Virus genome (UHGV): UHGV-1808406
Length of the DNA: 15,909 nucleotides
Origin: a virus
Strand: one strand, 5' to 3'
A program made the position numbers and the translations under genes. Shown here piece after piece: positions 1-7,134 of the stretch. The notes beneath the pieces are model-generated. The model ran no database searches. It worked only from the letters and a program-made list of their open reading frames with translations, and was not told where the DNA came from. Each line of letters opens with the position of its first letter. The first letter of the stretch is position 1.

Positions 1-96
1 GACGAAATACAGTCCATTCATTCATCATTTTTTTATTAACTAAAGATTTAATTACTGCATTGACATTATTAATTACTACTGACATATTTTCCTCAC

Positions 97-501
97 TCAA
101 TTTTCAATTTTACTAAATACACAGAATATGATGGAAAAGACTATATAAGCACCGCACACAGATTGAACTAATACCATTCCAAAGAACCAAATAATATTAT
201 CAAACAGTGTCTGTTTTACGTCGAAAGGACGTAAACTTACAGTAATATTATCACCTTTTTCTATTGAAGAATACATCTCTGGGGAAATATATTCACTAAA
301 TCTATAACCGTCTTTGAGTTCATATACGGCAATAAACGATAAACTAGACCCCTTTCCTTGAGTTCCTGTAAGGGTATTAACTACAGTAACATCATAATCT
401 TTATAATGCATATAATCATTAATAGCATAATAACCATATGCAACTACTACACATAAACAACATATCAATAAATTCAATCTTTTAATTATCAACTGTTTCA
501 T
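97..501 (-). CDS. Hypothetical membrane protein, 134 aa, hydrophobic segments at both N- and C-termini
   Basis: Minus-strand ORF with ATG at 501. N-terminal hydrophobic stretch LNLLICCLCVVVAYGYYAI and C-terminal IIWFFGMVLVQSVCGAYIVFSIIFCVF. No recognisable catalytic motif. Confidence 0.55.
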   Translation of the reverse strand: MKQLIIKRLNLLICCLCVVVAYGYYAINDYMHYKDYDVTVVNTLTGTQGKGSSLSFIAVYELKDGYRFSEYISPEMYSSIEKGDNITVSLRPFDVKQTLFDNIIWFFGMVLVQSVCGAYIVFSIIFCVFSKIEN

Positions 502-530
502 AATAATCTCAATTAAAAGGGCTTAGAACC

Positions 531-556
531 ATTATACCATCCTTGGTATAAAGCGG
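531..556 (-). promoter_or_regulatory. Candidate T4 middle (MotA-type) promoter: MotA-like box cCGCTTTA, 12-bp spacer, TATAAT -10
   Basis: Minus strand reads CCGCTTTA-taccaaggatgg-TATAAT, about 30 nt upstream of the ATG at 501. The box differs from the TGCTTtA consensus at one position. Confidence 0.3.
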
Positions 557-1084
557 TTATGCGAGTACCGTCTTTAACCGTTCTTCAAACTTCCGAAGAG
601 TATTTTGGCGTTCAGCTCTTTGCTTTTTGTAAGTTTCAATACGCTCTGAAATGAGAGTGTATCGTTCATTTACTGATTCTTTCATAAAATCAGGAATTTC
701 ACGAGAAGCTTTAATCTCATCAAATTTATCAATAACAGCTTGCTCTTCAGCAATTAAGTTATCATACATCAAAATATCTTTCTTGATGAACTCAATATCT
801 TCTTGAGTTACACGAGATAATTTAGATGCTTTATCCTTTTTGTACTGTTCGTTAGTATCACGAGACCAGTGTAATGTACGATTTTTATTCGTATTCTTGT
901 AAATTTCTACAATACCAATCTCATCAATAATAACGATCCAATTCCAACGGGATTTGTAAATTTGTCCTCCATTAACAGTGATTTCACCTCCGATTGAGAT
1001 GTCATTAAAGAACTTGCTTTGTGCTTCAGATTTAAATTTACCATCGTTGTAATTTACCAGGTTGAAAATATCTTTAGCGTTCAT
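557..1084 (-). CDS. Hypothetical early protein, about 175 aa (start revised to ATG at 1084)
   Basis: The ORF-track start at 1144 is a TTG lying inside the promoter module. The ATG at 1084 (MNAKDIFNLV...) has a GGAGGAA Shine-Dalgarno 6 nt upstream. The C-terminal half is charged and coiled-coil-like. Confidence 0.6.
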   Translation of the reverse strand: MNAKDIFNLVNYNDGKFKSEAQSKFFNDISIGGEITVNGGQIYKSRWNWIVIIDEIGIVEIYKNTNKNRTLHWSRDTNEQYKKDKASKLSRVTQEDIEFIKKDILMYDNLIAEEQAVIDKFDEIKASREIPDFMKESVNERYTLISERIETYKKQRAERQNTLRKFEERLKTVLA

Positions 1085-1112
1085 TTTGTGTTCCTCCGTA
1101 GTTGATAGTTGT

Positions 1113-1141
1113 ATAGTACCACAGAGGAACGGTCTTGTAAA
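1113..1141 (-). promoter_or_regulatory. T4-type early promoter (sigma70-like): -35 TTTACA, 17-bp spacer, -10 TACTAT
   Basis: Minus strand reads gttgTTTACAag-N15-ggTACTATacaactatcaac. It is one of seven copies of this module and sits about 30 nt upstream of the ATG at 1084. Confidence 0.65.
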
Positions 1142-1144
1142 CAA

Positions 1145-1447
1145 CTAAAAGAAACTTCTTTCACAATTTTTTCCACTGAACCAAGCACTCACTGCTTTCT
1201 TAGTCTCAGGAGCAGTGTTATCCATAAACCATTCAAAGGCAGCCTTTTTATGATTCTGGAGGGCTTCTCGGGCTTTAATCTGCTCACGGTCTATTAACAC
1301 TAACATATGAGCCTTTCTTGTCACCATGGGCTTCTTATGATTTTTTGAATACTCCCAATCATTTGTCCATCGCATCGTTGTTGCGAATTGAAGTACAGCT
1401 TCTTTAATCTTAGTTTCGTAAATTTCACGAGCCTTTGAGTATAACAT
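1145..1447 (-). CDS. Hypothetical protein, about 100 aa (start revised to ATG at 1447)
   Basis: ATG at 1447 (MLYSKAREIYE...) is preceded by a GGAGGTA Shine-Dalgarno. Its stop abuts the -35 of the downstream promoter. Confidence 0.5.
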   Translation of the reverse strand: MLYSKAREIYETKIKEAVLQFATTMRWTNDWEYSKNHKKPMVTRKAHMLVLIDREQIKAREALQNHKKAAFEWFMDNTAPETKKAVSAWFSGKNCERSFF

Positions 1448-1548
1448 CACTACCTCCATTTACCAGTTTAATTCTAGTCATCTTTTTAATGGCAGTCCAT
1501 ATAATCTATTTCTGAACTGCCTTTTTGTCTTAGAAGGCCTCTTATGAA

Positions 1549-2517
1549 TTATTTCAGAAGAGTAACCTCAGCGATTTCTTCCCAACCGTTTTTGTCGGTC
1601 ATAATAAAGTCAGCAAGATAAAGTGCAGTACGCAGTGAAACATTGCGTAAACGGTTAACATTGACTTTCATCCATGATAATGCTTTATAAGTTTCTTCAT
1701 CAGAAAGACCGCGCTTTTGCATCATGTCGGTTGAAAGAATAACATCTTCAACCCTGACCATAATTTCTTCATTAGTGTGAACACCCAAATCTAAATAAAC
1801 TGAGCGGGACACTAATGCTTGTAAATGTGGAGCAAGTTTAGTACCACGGTCTAATTCGCGGTCAATATCAACGTTTGTGATAAAAACAATCGTTCCTTTA
1901 AATTCAAACTCACGCTCAATGCCTTTTTCTTCTAAGTAAGAAGATGCAGTGCTCCAGCAGACTTTACGGGTCTCTCCAGTGTCCAGAGCAGCTTTCAGAA
2001 GATTAAGAATGTCCATATCAGAGAAAACATCCACATCATCAATCAAAAGGACAGAATTCTCTTCACGATTATTCCAGAGCTGTTCATAAAGACCGATACC
2101 AGAGATTTTACCATTAATGCTTTTATACTCAATGTATCCAATATCATTTGCTTTATTTAAAGCTTTATCTAAAGAATACGTTTTACCAATACCTGCCGCA
2201 CCAGAGATAATTAATGAACGAATATTTCCGTTAATAATACCATTCGTCATCATTCCCATAACATTAAATCTTTTATTAATGCGGGTTTTCATATCTTCAT
2301 ATGATTCTTTAACTTCTTCAACTTTTACACCATCATATGAAATGTCTGATTTGTAAACCCAAACACCGCGACGTTTACCGTCAATTTCAACAAAAACTTT
2401 ACCATCTCCTTGTGCATCTACTGGTGCATTATCAGGGAACCATTCACCTAAGAACTCAAAAGTTCCAGAGATTTCTTTACCGAAGTAGATACCCTTATTG
2501 ATAGTTACAGTTTTCAT
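1549..2517 (-). CDS. P-loop ATPase, AAA+-like, about 322 aa, with an N-terminal domain of unknown function of roughly 110 aa
   Basis: Walker A GAAGIGKT (in ISGAAGIGKTYSL), Walker B LLIDDVD, sensor-1-like FITNVD. Start revised to ATG at 2517 (MKTVTINKG...) with a GGAGAAT Shine-Dalgarno; the track's N-terminal 22 aa are a translation of the promoter module. Confidence 0.7.
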   Translation of the reverse strand: MKTVTINKGIYFGKEISGTFEFLGEWFPDNAPVDAQGDGKVFVEIDGKRRGVWVYKSDISYDGVKVEEVKESYEDMKTRINKRFNVMGMMTNGIINGNIRSLIISGAAGIGKTYSLDKALNKANDIGYIEYKSINGKISGIGLYEQLWNNREENSVLLIDDVDVFSDMDILNLLKAALDTGETRKVCWSTASSYLEEKGIEREFEFKGTIVFITNVDIDRELDRGTKLAPHLQALVSRSVYLDLGVHTNEEIMVRVEDVILSTDMMQKRGLSDEETYKALSWMKVNVNRLRNVSLRTALYLADFIMTDKNGWEEIAEVTLLK

Positions 2518-2551
2518 TTTATTCTCCAAATCCGTATCAGTTGATAGTTGT

Positions 2552-2580
2552 ATAGTACCATAAAGCTTTATGCTTGTAAA
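2552..2580 (-). promoter_or_regulatory. T4-type early promoter: -35 TTTACA, 17-bp spacer, -10 TACTAT
   Basis: Minus strand reads gttgTTTACAagcataaagctttatggTACTATacaactatcaac, immediately upstream of the ATPase gene and downstream of the terminator at 2605-2629. Confidence 0.65.
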
Positions 2581-2604
2581 CAACTTTGTGAAAAATTTTT
2601 GAAA

Positions 2605-2629
2605 TAAAAAAGGGAGCCCGAAGGCTCCC
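2605..2629 (-). terminator. Rho-independent terminator on the minus-strand transcript
   Basis: Perfect 7-bp GC-rich stem GGGAGCC/GGCTCCC with a CGAA (minus: UUCG) tetraloop, followed on the minus strand by a U-run (plus-strand taaaaaa). It lies 3 nt after the stop of the nucleotidyltransferase gene. Confidence 0.8.
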
Positions 2630-2631
2630 TA

Positions 2632-3645
2632 TCATTTATAATAACTTCGGTGGTTTTCAAGATAGACCTTCTCAAGGAAGTCATCCCAGAAACTCATGTC
2701 TACTTTTTGCTGCATACCGTTCTTAGAAGCTTCAGTAGATGCTGCTTCTACTTGATCGACCACATCTTCCAAAAACTCTTGAACCGTTTTAAATGGATGT
2801 TTACCCAACTTCACGTCGAGAATAAATGGAGCGTCTTGAAGTGGATAAATCAAGTCGCCAGTTTTGTAAATTTCCAATAGTTGAAGTCCACCACGACAAG
2901 CATGACTCAGAGCTTTCCAGTCAATACCTTCATTGGCTTCAGCCTTACGAGCACGTTCACCATATTCAGCATCTAATTTGTTCAGTGACTGCTTAAGCTC
3001 AATAAGAGAAAGCGTTGTCTGATATTTACGACCCAACACAGTGTAGAACGTTTGTGGGCCTGTTTTCTCATGATTATGGAACACCCATTCACAGAATTCG
3101 TTTTCTGGAAGACGATGCTTAATATCTTCAACTTTAGTGCGACGCTGCTTAATAGAACCATCTTCTTGGTAATCAACCCATTGCTCAGGGATTTGATTAA
3201 CTACTTTCAATACATCACGTAATGCAGCCAAACGAGAACCCTTGACACCGTATTTAGAAGCTTGCTTACGGACATATCCTAAATATGATTTCATGTTAGT
3301 CGTATAAAAACGAGAACGGTTGTCTTGAATAAACTTCCACACATCAGGCAAATCAGATTTAACCACTAGTTCAGGTGGAGTGTGAAGCATATCTAATGCT
3401 ACAGTTTCACCATCTGCTGCTAATTTAAAGAAATATTTAAGACTGTATAGTTCATGGTCAATATCATCTTTAGTGTTTTTAGATGATGTGTTGTTAGTGT
3501 TTTTACTCATGTGCTCTTTGACATTTCCGATAAGAATATCGCGAGCAGGAGGAACAAAGATTTCTTTAAAATCTACATCAGATTCTGGGGTAGAAGTTCC
3601 ATAAAGATGACTACCAAAATAGCTTTTCATTACTGTTTTCATCAT
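2632..3645 (-). CDS. Pol-beta-superfamily nucleotidyltransferase, 337 aa, substrate unknown
   Basis: N-terminal motif G11-S12-x10-D23-V-D25 (GSHLYGTSTPESDVDF) fits the hG[GS]x9-13Dh[DE] signature. A further acidic cluster DDIDHE at 60-65 is a candidate third carboxylate. The ATG overlaps the upstream stop as ATGA. Confidence 0.7.
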   Translation of the reverse strand: MMKTVMKSYFGSHLYGTSTPESDVDFKEIFVPPARDILIGNVKEHMSKNTNNTSSKNTKDDIDHELYSLKYFFKLAADGETVALDMLHTPPELVVKSDLPDVWKFIQDNRSRFYTTNMKSYLGYVRKQASKYGVKGSRLAALRDVLKVVNQIPEQWVDYQEDGSIKQRRTKVEDIKHRLPENEFCEWVFHNHEKTGPQTFYTVLGRKYQTTLSLIELKQSLNKLDAEYGERARKAEANEGIDWKALSHACRGGLQLLEIYKTGDLIYPLQDAPFILDVKLGKHPFKTVQEFLEDVVDQVEAASTEASKNGMQQKVDMSFWDDFLEKVYLENHRSYYK

Positions 3646-4115
3646 TCAGCCTTATATTCAATAACAGGACATACTTTAGCTTTACGAGCTTTTAAAAATT
3701 CAACGATAATCGATTTCTTGGGTTGAATAGGAGGTAAACCTTTATACGCCCTATCAATATTTTCTATGTGTAAAGCATAATCCTTTTTCCATTTATAATC
3801 TTTATATTTTTCATGCAAATGTGCAGGAATAACAAATGAACCAATAATAAGTAAAACAAGCAAAATGGCAAGTATAAATGCTGATGGAATAAGAGTCCAT
3901 AAACTACCAAAAATAAGCCATTTCTGTATGATTTCTGCGCAGATGATAGTTAGACCTGCGAGTATAGTACATCCGAAAAAAGAAACGAAAAATGTAGGGA
4001 TAACAATAGACCAAAAGTATGCACACAGTGTCTTAGGTCGTTTCCATTCGTCGTTAAACAGTTTGAATAATTTATAGTGCCAAGAGTTTTCATTAATAAC
4101 CATAATTATAATCAT
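3642..4115 (-). CDS. Small membrane protein, 157 aa, 2-3 predicted transmembrane helices
   Basis: Hydrophobic segments FWSIVIPTFFVSFFGCTILAGLTIICAEI and LWTLIPSAFILAILLVLLIIGSFVI. ATGA overlaps with both neighbouring genes indicate translational coupling. Confidence 0.6.
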   Translation of the reverse strand: MIIIMVINENSWHYKLFKLFNDEWKRPKTLCAYFWSIVIPTFFVSFFGCTILAGLTIICAEIIQKWLIFGSLWTLIPSAFILAILLVLLIIGSFVIPAHLHEKYKDYKWKKDYALHIENIDRAYKGLPPIQPKKSIIVEFLKARKAKVCPVIEYKAE

Positions 4116-4633
4116 CCTTTCATTGAAGGTGTAACGTATGTTAAATACTTAATCATAGCCTCAGCTTCTGATTTTGACAATGAAATTTCTTCACCGTTTT
4201 GGCGAATAGAAACAAAATCTGGATGACGGTCACCGCCAGCCTTTAAAACACACATGTAAGTATCAACTTCGCCTTCAATATTTGAAATGATTGAAGCAGT
4301 TCCACATGAATGTGGTTGTTGATAAACTAATACAGCTTTTCTTCCACCGTTTGACTGTTCATAAACTTTTAACACATCAAACAAATCACTTCTTTTATCA
4401 ATAGCTAAGATGTTGTTTTCATCTTCAATATTAAATCCTTCGGATACTTCATAAAGTGTCACCCATAAATCACCAATATCAATAACAGCGTTCACTTTTC
4501 CATGACTTTCAAGAGCATTACAAATTTTCTTAATTTCATCATAACTCATTTTAATAATATCATCTCCTTGAATAAGGAAGATGTCATTTTTAAATTCAAC
4601 ACGAATTAAACCACTTCCACTTGAAATAAACAT
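4112..4633 (-). CDS. Hypothetical protein, 173 aa, paralogous to the upstream gene
   Basis: Its C-terminus SIRQ...SKSEAEAMIKYLTYVTPSM aligns with TIRQ...TKDEAIALKTYLDSVIPTM of 4640-5197, and both contain GFNI. A GAGG Shine-Dalgarno overlaps the upstream stop. Confidence 0.6.
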   Translation of the reverse strand: MFISSGSGLIRVEFKNDIFLIQGDDIIKMSYDEIKKICNALESHGKVNAVIDIGDLWVTLYEVSEGFNIEDENNILAIDKRSDLFDVLKVYEQSNGGRKAVLVYQQPHSCGTASIISNIEGEVDTYMCVLKAGGDRHPDFVSIRQNGEEISLSKSEAEAMIKYLTYVTPSMKG

Positions 4634-4639
4634 ATTTCC

Positions 4640-5197
4640 TCACTTTGAAATCATAGTTGGAATGACAGAATCAAGATAAGTCTTTAGCGCAATAGCTTCG
4701 TCTTTGGTAAATGTGACAATATGTGATCGAAAATCGTCAATTTGGCGAATAGTTAAGACATCTCCATCTTCATAACATTTTGATACGTTTAAAACAGTTT
4801 CATCATTCTGACTGCAAGCGTTAGTAATAATAGCATTGCAATTTTTAAGCCATTTTAAACTATGTTTTCTTTCATTAGAATAATAAAAATATTTAATCTT
4901 ATCTATAAAACTATCCCAATGGATAACTGATAAACACATTGACTCACTTTTAATATTAAATCCTGGGCATGAAGAATAAAAATGAACTTTATTCTCATCA
5001 TTGATGCTTACAATTTTATCAGTATAAGAATTTTCAATTTGGGTTAAATGAATAATTTCGTTAGGCGTAAAATATAGCATATCGTCTTCTTGTGTCAAAC
5101 GATACATATTATTTACTTTTTCTATAGCCAATTCACCAAAAAGTGAACTAACTTCTAATACTAATCGTTTCATATTGATTCTCTTCGACTCACTCAC
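4640..5197 (-). CDS. Hypothetical protein, 185 aa, paralogous to 4112-4633
   Basis: Possible GTG start at 5197 with an AAGGAG Shine-Dalgarno 9 nt upstream, or ATG at 5173. Conserved C-terminal segment shared with the neighbouring gene. Confidence 0.55.
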   Translation of the reverse strand: MSESKRINMKRLVLEVSSLFGELAIEKVNNMYRLTQEDDMLYFTPNEIIHLTQIENSYTDKIVSINDENKVHFYSSCPGFNIKSESMCLSVIHWDSFIDKIKYFYYSNERKHSLKWLKNCNAIITNACSQNDETVLNVSKCYEDGDVLTIRQIDDFRSHIVTFTKDEAIALKTYLDSVIPTMISK

Positions 5198-5199
5198 AA

Positions 5200-5304
5200 T
5201 TACATACTCCTTTGAATAATATCAATAATGTTGTTCACCAGATTATAAGTAAACATTGGGTAATTATATTGAATCATCACATACACAACAAACAAAACTT
5301 TCAT
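5200..5304 (-). CDS. Possible micro-ORF, 34 aa hydrophobic leader peptide (MKVLFVVYVMIQYNYPMF...)
   Basis: An AAGGAGAAGAGA Shine-Dalgarno precedes the ATG at 5304. It is the first ORF after the promoter at 5333-5361, and its stop overlaps the Shine-Dalgarno of the next gene. Confidence 0.3.
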   Translation of the reverse strand: MKVLFVVYVMIQYNYPMFTYNLVNNIIDIIQRSM

Positions 5305-5332
5305 TCTCTTCTCCTTAACAGTTGACAAGATT

Positions 5333-5361
5333 ACTATAACATAACCTTGCCAACTTGTAAA
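5333..5361 (-). promoter_or_regulatory. T4-type early promoter: -35 TTTACA, 17-bp spacer, -10 TATAGT
   Basis: Minus strand reads tggTTTACAagttggcaaggttatgtTATAGTaatc. It heads the operon that runs from 5304 to the terminator at 2605-2629. Confidence 0.55.
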
Positions 5362-5364
5362 CCA

Positions 5365-5538
5365 TTAAATGGTGTTTTCAATAAAATTCTGAAGCTTTGT
5401 GTGAGCATCAACCATGATTTTCATTTCTTCCTTTGCGAAAGCTGTACCTCTTTCTCGAGCAGAATACTCATAGTCAGAAACTGCATTAGCATATTCTTCA
5501 ATTAGCTTCATTAAAAACATCTGCTTTTCAGTTTTCAT
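5365..5538 (-). CDS. Small ORF, 57 aa, absent from the 60-aa ORF track
   Basis: ATG at 5538 is preceded by an AGGTGGAA Shine-Dalgarno 3-4 nt after the upstream stop. Translation: MKTEKQMFLMKLIEEYANAVSDYEYSAREGTAFAKEEMKIMVDAHTKLQNFIENTI. Confidence 0.4.
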   Translation of the reverse strand: MKTEKQMFLMKLIEEYANAVSDYEYSARERGTAFAKEEMKIMVDAHTKLQNFIENTI

Positions 5539-5722
5539 TATTCCACCTAATCATTTCAAGATATTGAACTAACTTAGCTTTGGATTTGTCCAAATCCCTT
5601 TTAGCTGCTTCTATACCGTCGTATGAATATCCTTCACAATGCTCAACTGCTAATTGATATGAATCTATTTCAATATCATGCGCTAATTTAATGATTTTTT
5701 CAAACTGTTCGCGTGTTAGCAT
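5528..5722 (-). CDS. Small hypothetical early protein, 64 aa
   Basis: ORF tightly packed after the upstream stop (TAAgtATG). Confidence 0.5.
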   Translation of the reverse strand: MLTREQFEKIIKLAHDIEIDSYQLAVEHCEGYSYDGIEAAKRDLDKSKAKLVQYLEMIRWNNEN

Positions 5723-5724
5723 AC

Positions 5725-5907
5725 TTACACTCTCGTATTATGATCGATAATTTCATCAAGAAACATATCTAACGCTTCTACAGCATTATCAACTTTAGCT
5801 TCAAATTCTTCAATACCTGATAAGGCAAAGTTAATGCGTTCCTCATCTGCTTTACGAATTAAAGCTACCAATTCCTTAATTTTATCCGCTTGTTCGATAC
5901 TAATCAT
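5725..5907 (-). CDS. Small acidic hypothetical protein, about 60 aa (start revised to ATG at 5907)
   Basis: TAATG stop-start overlap with the upstream gene and a GGTGGA Shine-Dalgarno. Acidic composition. Confidence 0.5.
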   Translation of the reverse strand: MISIEQADKIKELVALIRKADEERINFALSGIEEFEAKVDNAVEALDMFLDEIIDHNTRV

Positions 5908-6095
5908 TATTCCACCACATATGAAAGAGAGAATATTGCACACGCCATGTGAGTTGCAACTTCATCACACATATTATAACGTTTCTTAAGAAGTTCTACA
6001 AGTTCTTCACTAGTAACTTCATCCATGTCGACGAAAAAATCACCATTAATGATGACGTAGATATTTCCTTCTTGATTAAGTGCTTCAATTTTCAT
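5907..6095 (-). CDS. Small acidic hypothetical protein, about 62 aa (start revised to ATG at 6095)
   Basis: AGGAGAACATC Shine-Dalgarno before the ATG at 6095. The track's N-terminal extension is a translation of the promoter module. Confidence 0.5.
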
Positions 6096-6123
6096 GATGT
6101 TCTCCTCTTTATCCGATAGTTGT

Positions 6124-6152
6124 ATAGTATCACAGTTCAAATGGAAAGTAAA
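6124..6152 (-). promoter_or_regulatory. T4-type early promoter: -35 GTTTAC, 17-bp spacer, -10 TACTAT
   Basis: Minus strand reads ccgGTTTACtttccatttgaactgtgaTACTATacaactatcgg, directly downstream of the terminator at 6164-6185. Confidence 0.65.
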
Positions 6153-6163
6153 CCGGTAAAATG

Positions 6164-6185
6164 AAAAAAGTCTCCCGAAGGAGAC
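6164..6185 (-). terminator. Rho-independent terminator on the minus-strand transcript
   Basis: 6-bp stem GTCTCC/GGAGAC with a CGAA (minus: UUCG) tetraloop, followed on the minus strand by UUUUUU. It sits just 3' of the stop of the 6191-6577 gene. Confidence 0.8.
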
Positions 6186-6190
6186 TAATG

Positions 6191-6577
6191 TTATTCGAGG
6201 GAAAGAAGATACTTACTCTGGTAAAACATTCCAGTAATATCATCTATCGTGCTTTGGATGGCTGGAGGCATTTCTTTATAAATGCTGTTAGATTGGTCTA
6301 GTATGCGATCAATCATTTTAATTGTGTCGGTAGGAAGTTTACTGGCATCTGGAATTGAAGGTGTGTATTTTCTACCAGAATACCCCAAATACTGCTCACC
6401 AAATTTATCAATCAAATTTGGCAACTCGGAAAAAATAAAATCGTATGCTTTGTGTCTAGCATAACTTTTAGTTTCAAAATGCGCAGAATGAAAATAAGCT
6501 TGTGCAGCCATTAATAAACCTAAGTATTCATCTGCCTTTGAAGGTTTTCCACTTTGTGAAAAGTCGCTGAATTTCAT
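6191..6577 (-). CDS. Hypothetical protein, 128 aa, at the position of T4 rI.1
   Basis: ATGA overlap with the rI stop; synteny with T4. No motif recognised. Confidence 0.6.
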
Positions 6578-6867
6578 TCAGTCTCCAATTTAATTTTCAT
6601 AATTCTAGCGTATGATTGTGCCATCTCCGCGCCTCGCTCTATACATTCAAAATCAGAAGAGCACGGGTCATTTTTATAGGTCGTTCTCATAAAACTATAG
6701 AATTGTTCAGACGATTCTACGCTTTTATTTTCAAAAAGCATATAAACGTGCCTAATACCAGATTCCATAAATTTATCAAAATGAGGATCGACATTCGCTT
6801 CAATCGATGGAGATAAAACAAATGACAATCCTAGCATGGCAAATAGTGCCGTTGCTTTTAAGGCCAT
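6574..6867 (-). CDS. rI: Lysis-inhibition regulator RI (antiholin), 97 aa
   Basis: Near-identical to the T4 RI sequence as I recall it, with the N-terminal signal-anchor-release-like hydrophobic segment ALFAMLGLSFVLSPSIEA. Flanked by tk as in T4. Confidence 0.85.
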   Translation of the reverse strand: MALKATALFAMLGLSFVLSPSIEANVDPHFDKFMESGIRHVYMLFENKSVESSEQFYSFMRTTYKNDPCSSDFECIERGAEMAQSYARIMKIKLETE

Positions 6868-6879
6868 AAAGGCCTCCTA

Positions 6880-7092
6880 TCATTTTTGTCCTGTATTTAC
6901 TTTATGCCGATGCACGGCCTTAACTTTATCAAGGTATTTTTCAAAATTTCGCAATCTAGTATAGTCTGCCGGAGATTGGTTGAGTGATACTTCTCGACGC
7001 AAAGCTGAAATGATATTTCCAACTTCCCTACGAATTTCATCTAATTGAAGCACAGTAAGATTGCGAAGTTGCTTTTCAGTTAATTGTAGCAT
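6880..7092 (-). CDS. Hypothetical protein, 70 aa, at the position of T4 rI.-1
   Basis: Sits between tk and rI as in T4; a TATAAATA late-promoter motif lies 25 nt upstream. Confidence 0.6.
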
Positions 7093-7117
7093 ATATACCC
7101 CTTTAGTTAGATAAACC

Positions 7118-7125
7118 TATTTATA
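7118..7125 (-). promoter_or_regulatory. Candidate T4 late promoter (TATAAATA) upstream of the rI.-1/rI genes
   Basis: Exact TATAAATA on the minus strand, 25 nt upstream of the ATG at 7092. Confidence 0.45.
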
Positions 7126-7134
7126 ACTTTTGCA

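Noticed and set aside
557-1084. Possible GIY-YIG or HNH homing endonuclease (seg/mob-like) in the rI.1-to-nrdC-equivalent interval
   Set aside because: The only near match (GQIY...IGIV in the 557-1084 gene) does not fit the GIY-x10-YIG spacing or the downstream Arg/Glu catalytic residues, and no HNH motif was found in any ORF. No mobile element is called.
1085-1144. N-terminal extensions of the track ORFs 557-1144, 1549-2583 and 5907-6140 containing a shared GTIQLST-like peptide
   Set aside because: The shared peptide is the in-frame translation of the repeated early-promoter module. The track starts are TTG or lack a Shine-Dalgarno sequence, and true ATG starts with Shine-Dalgarno sequences lie downstream.
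1491-1527. Inverted repeat GGCAGT...ACTGCC followed by TTTTT on the plus strand, possibly a plus-strand terminator
   Set aside because: The loop is 19 nt and the stem only 6 bp, so it is a weak terminator. No plus-strand gene precedes it, and on the minus strand it is not followed by a U-run.
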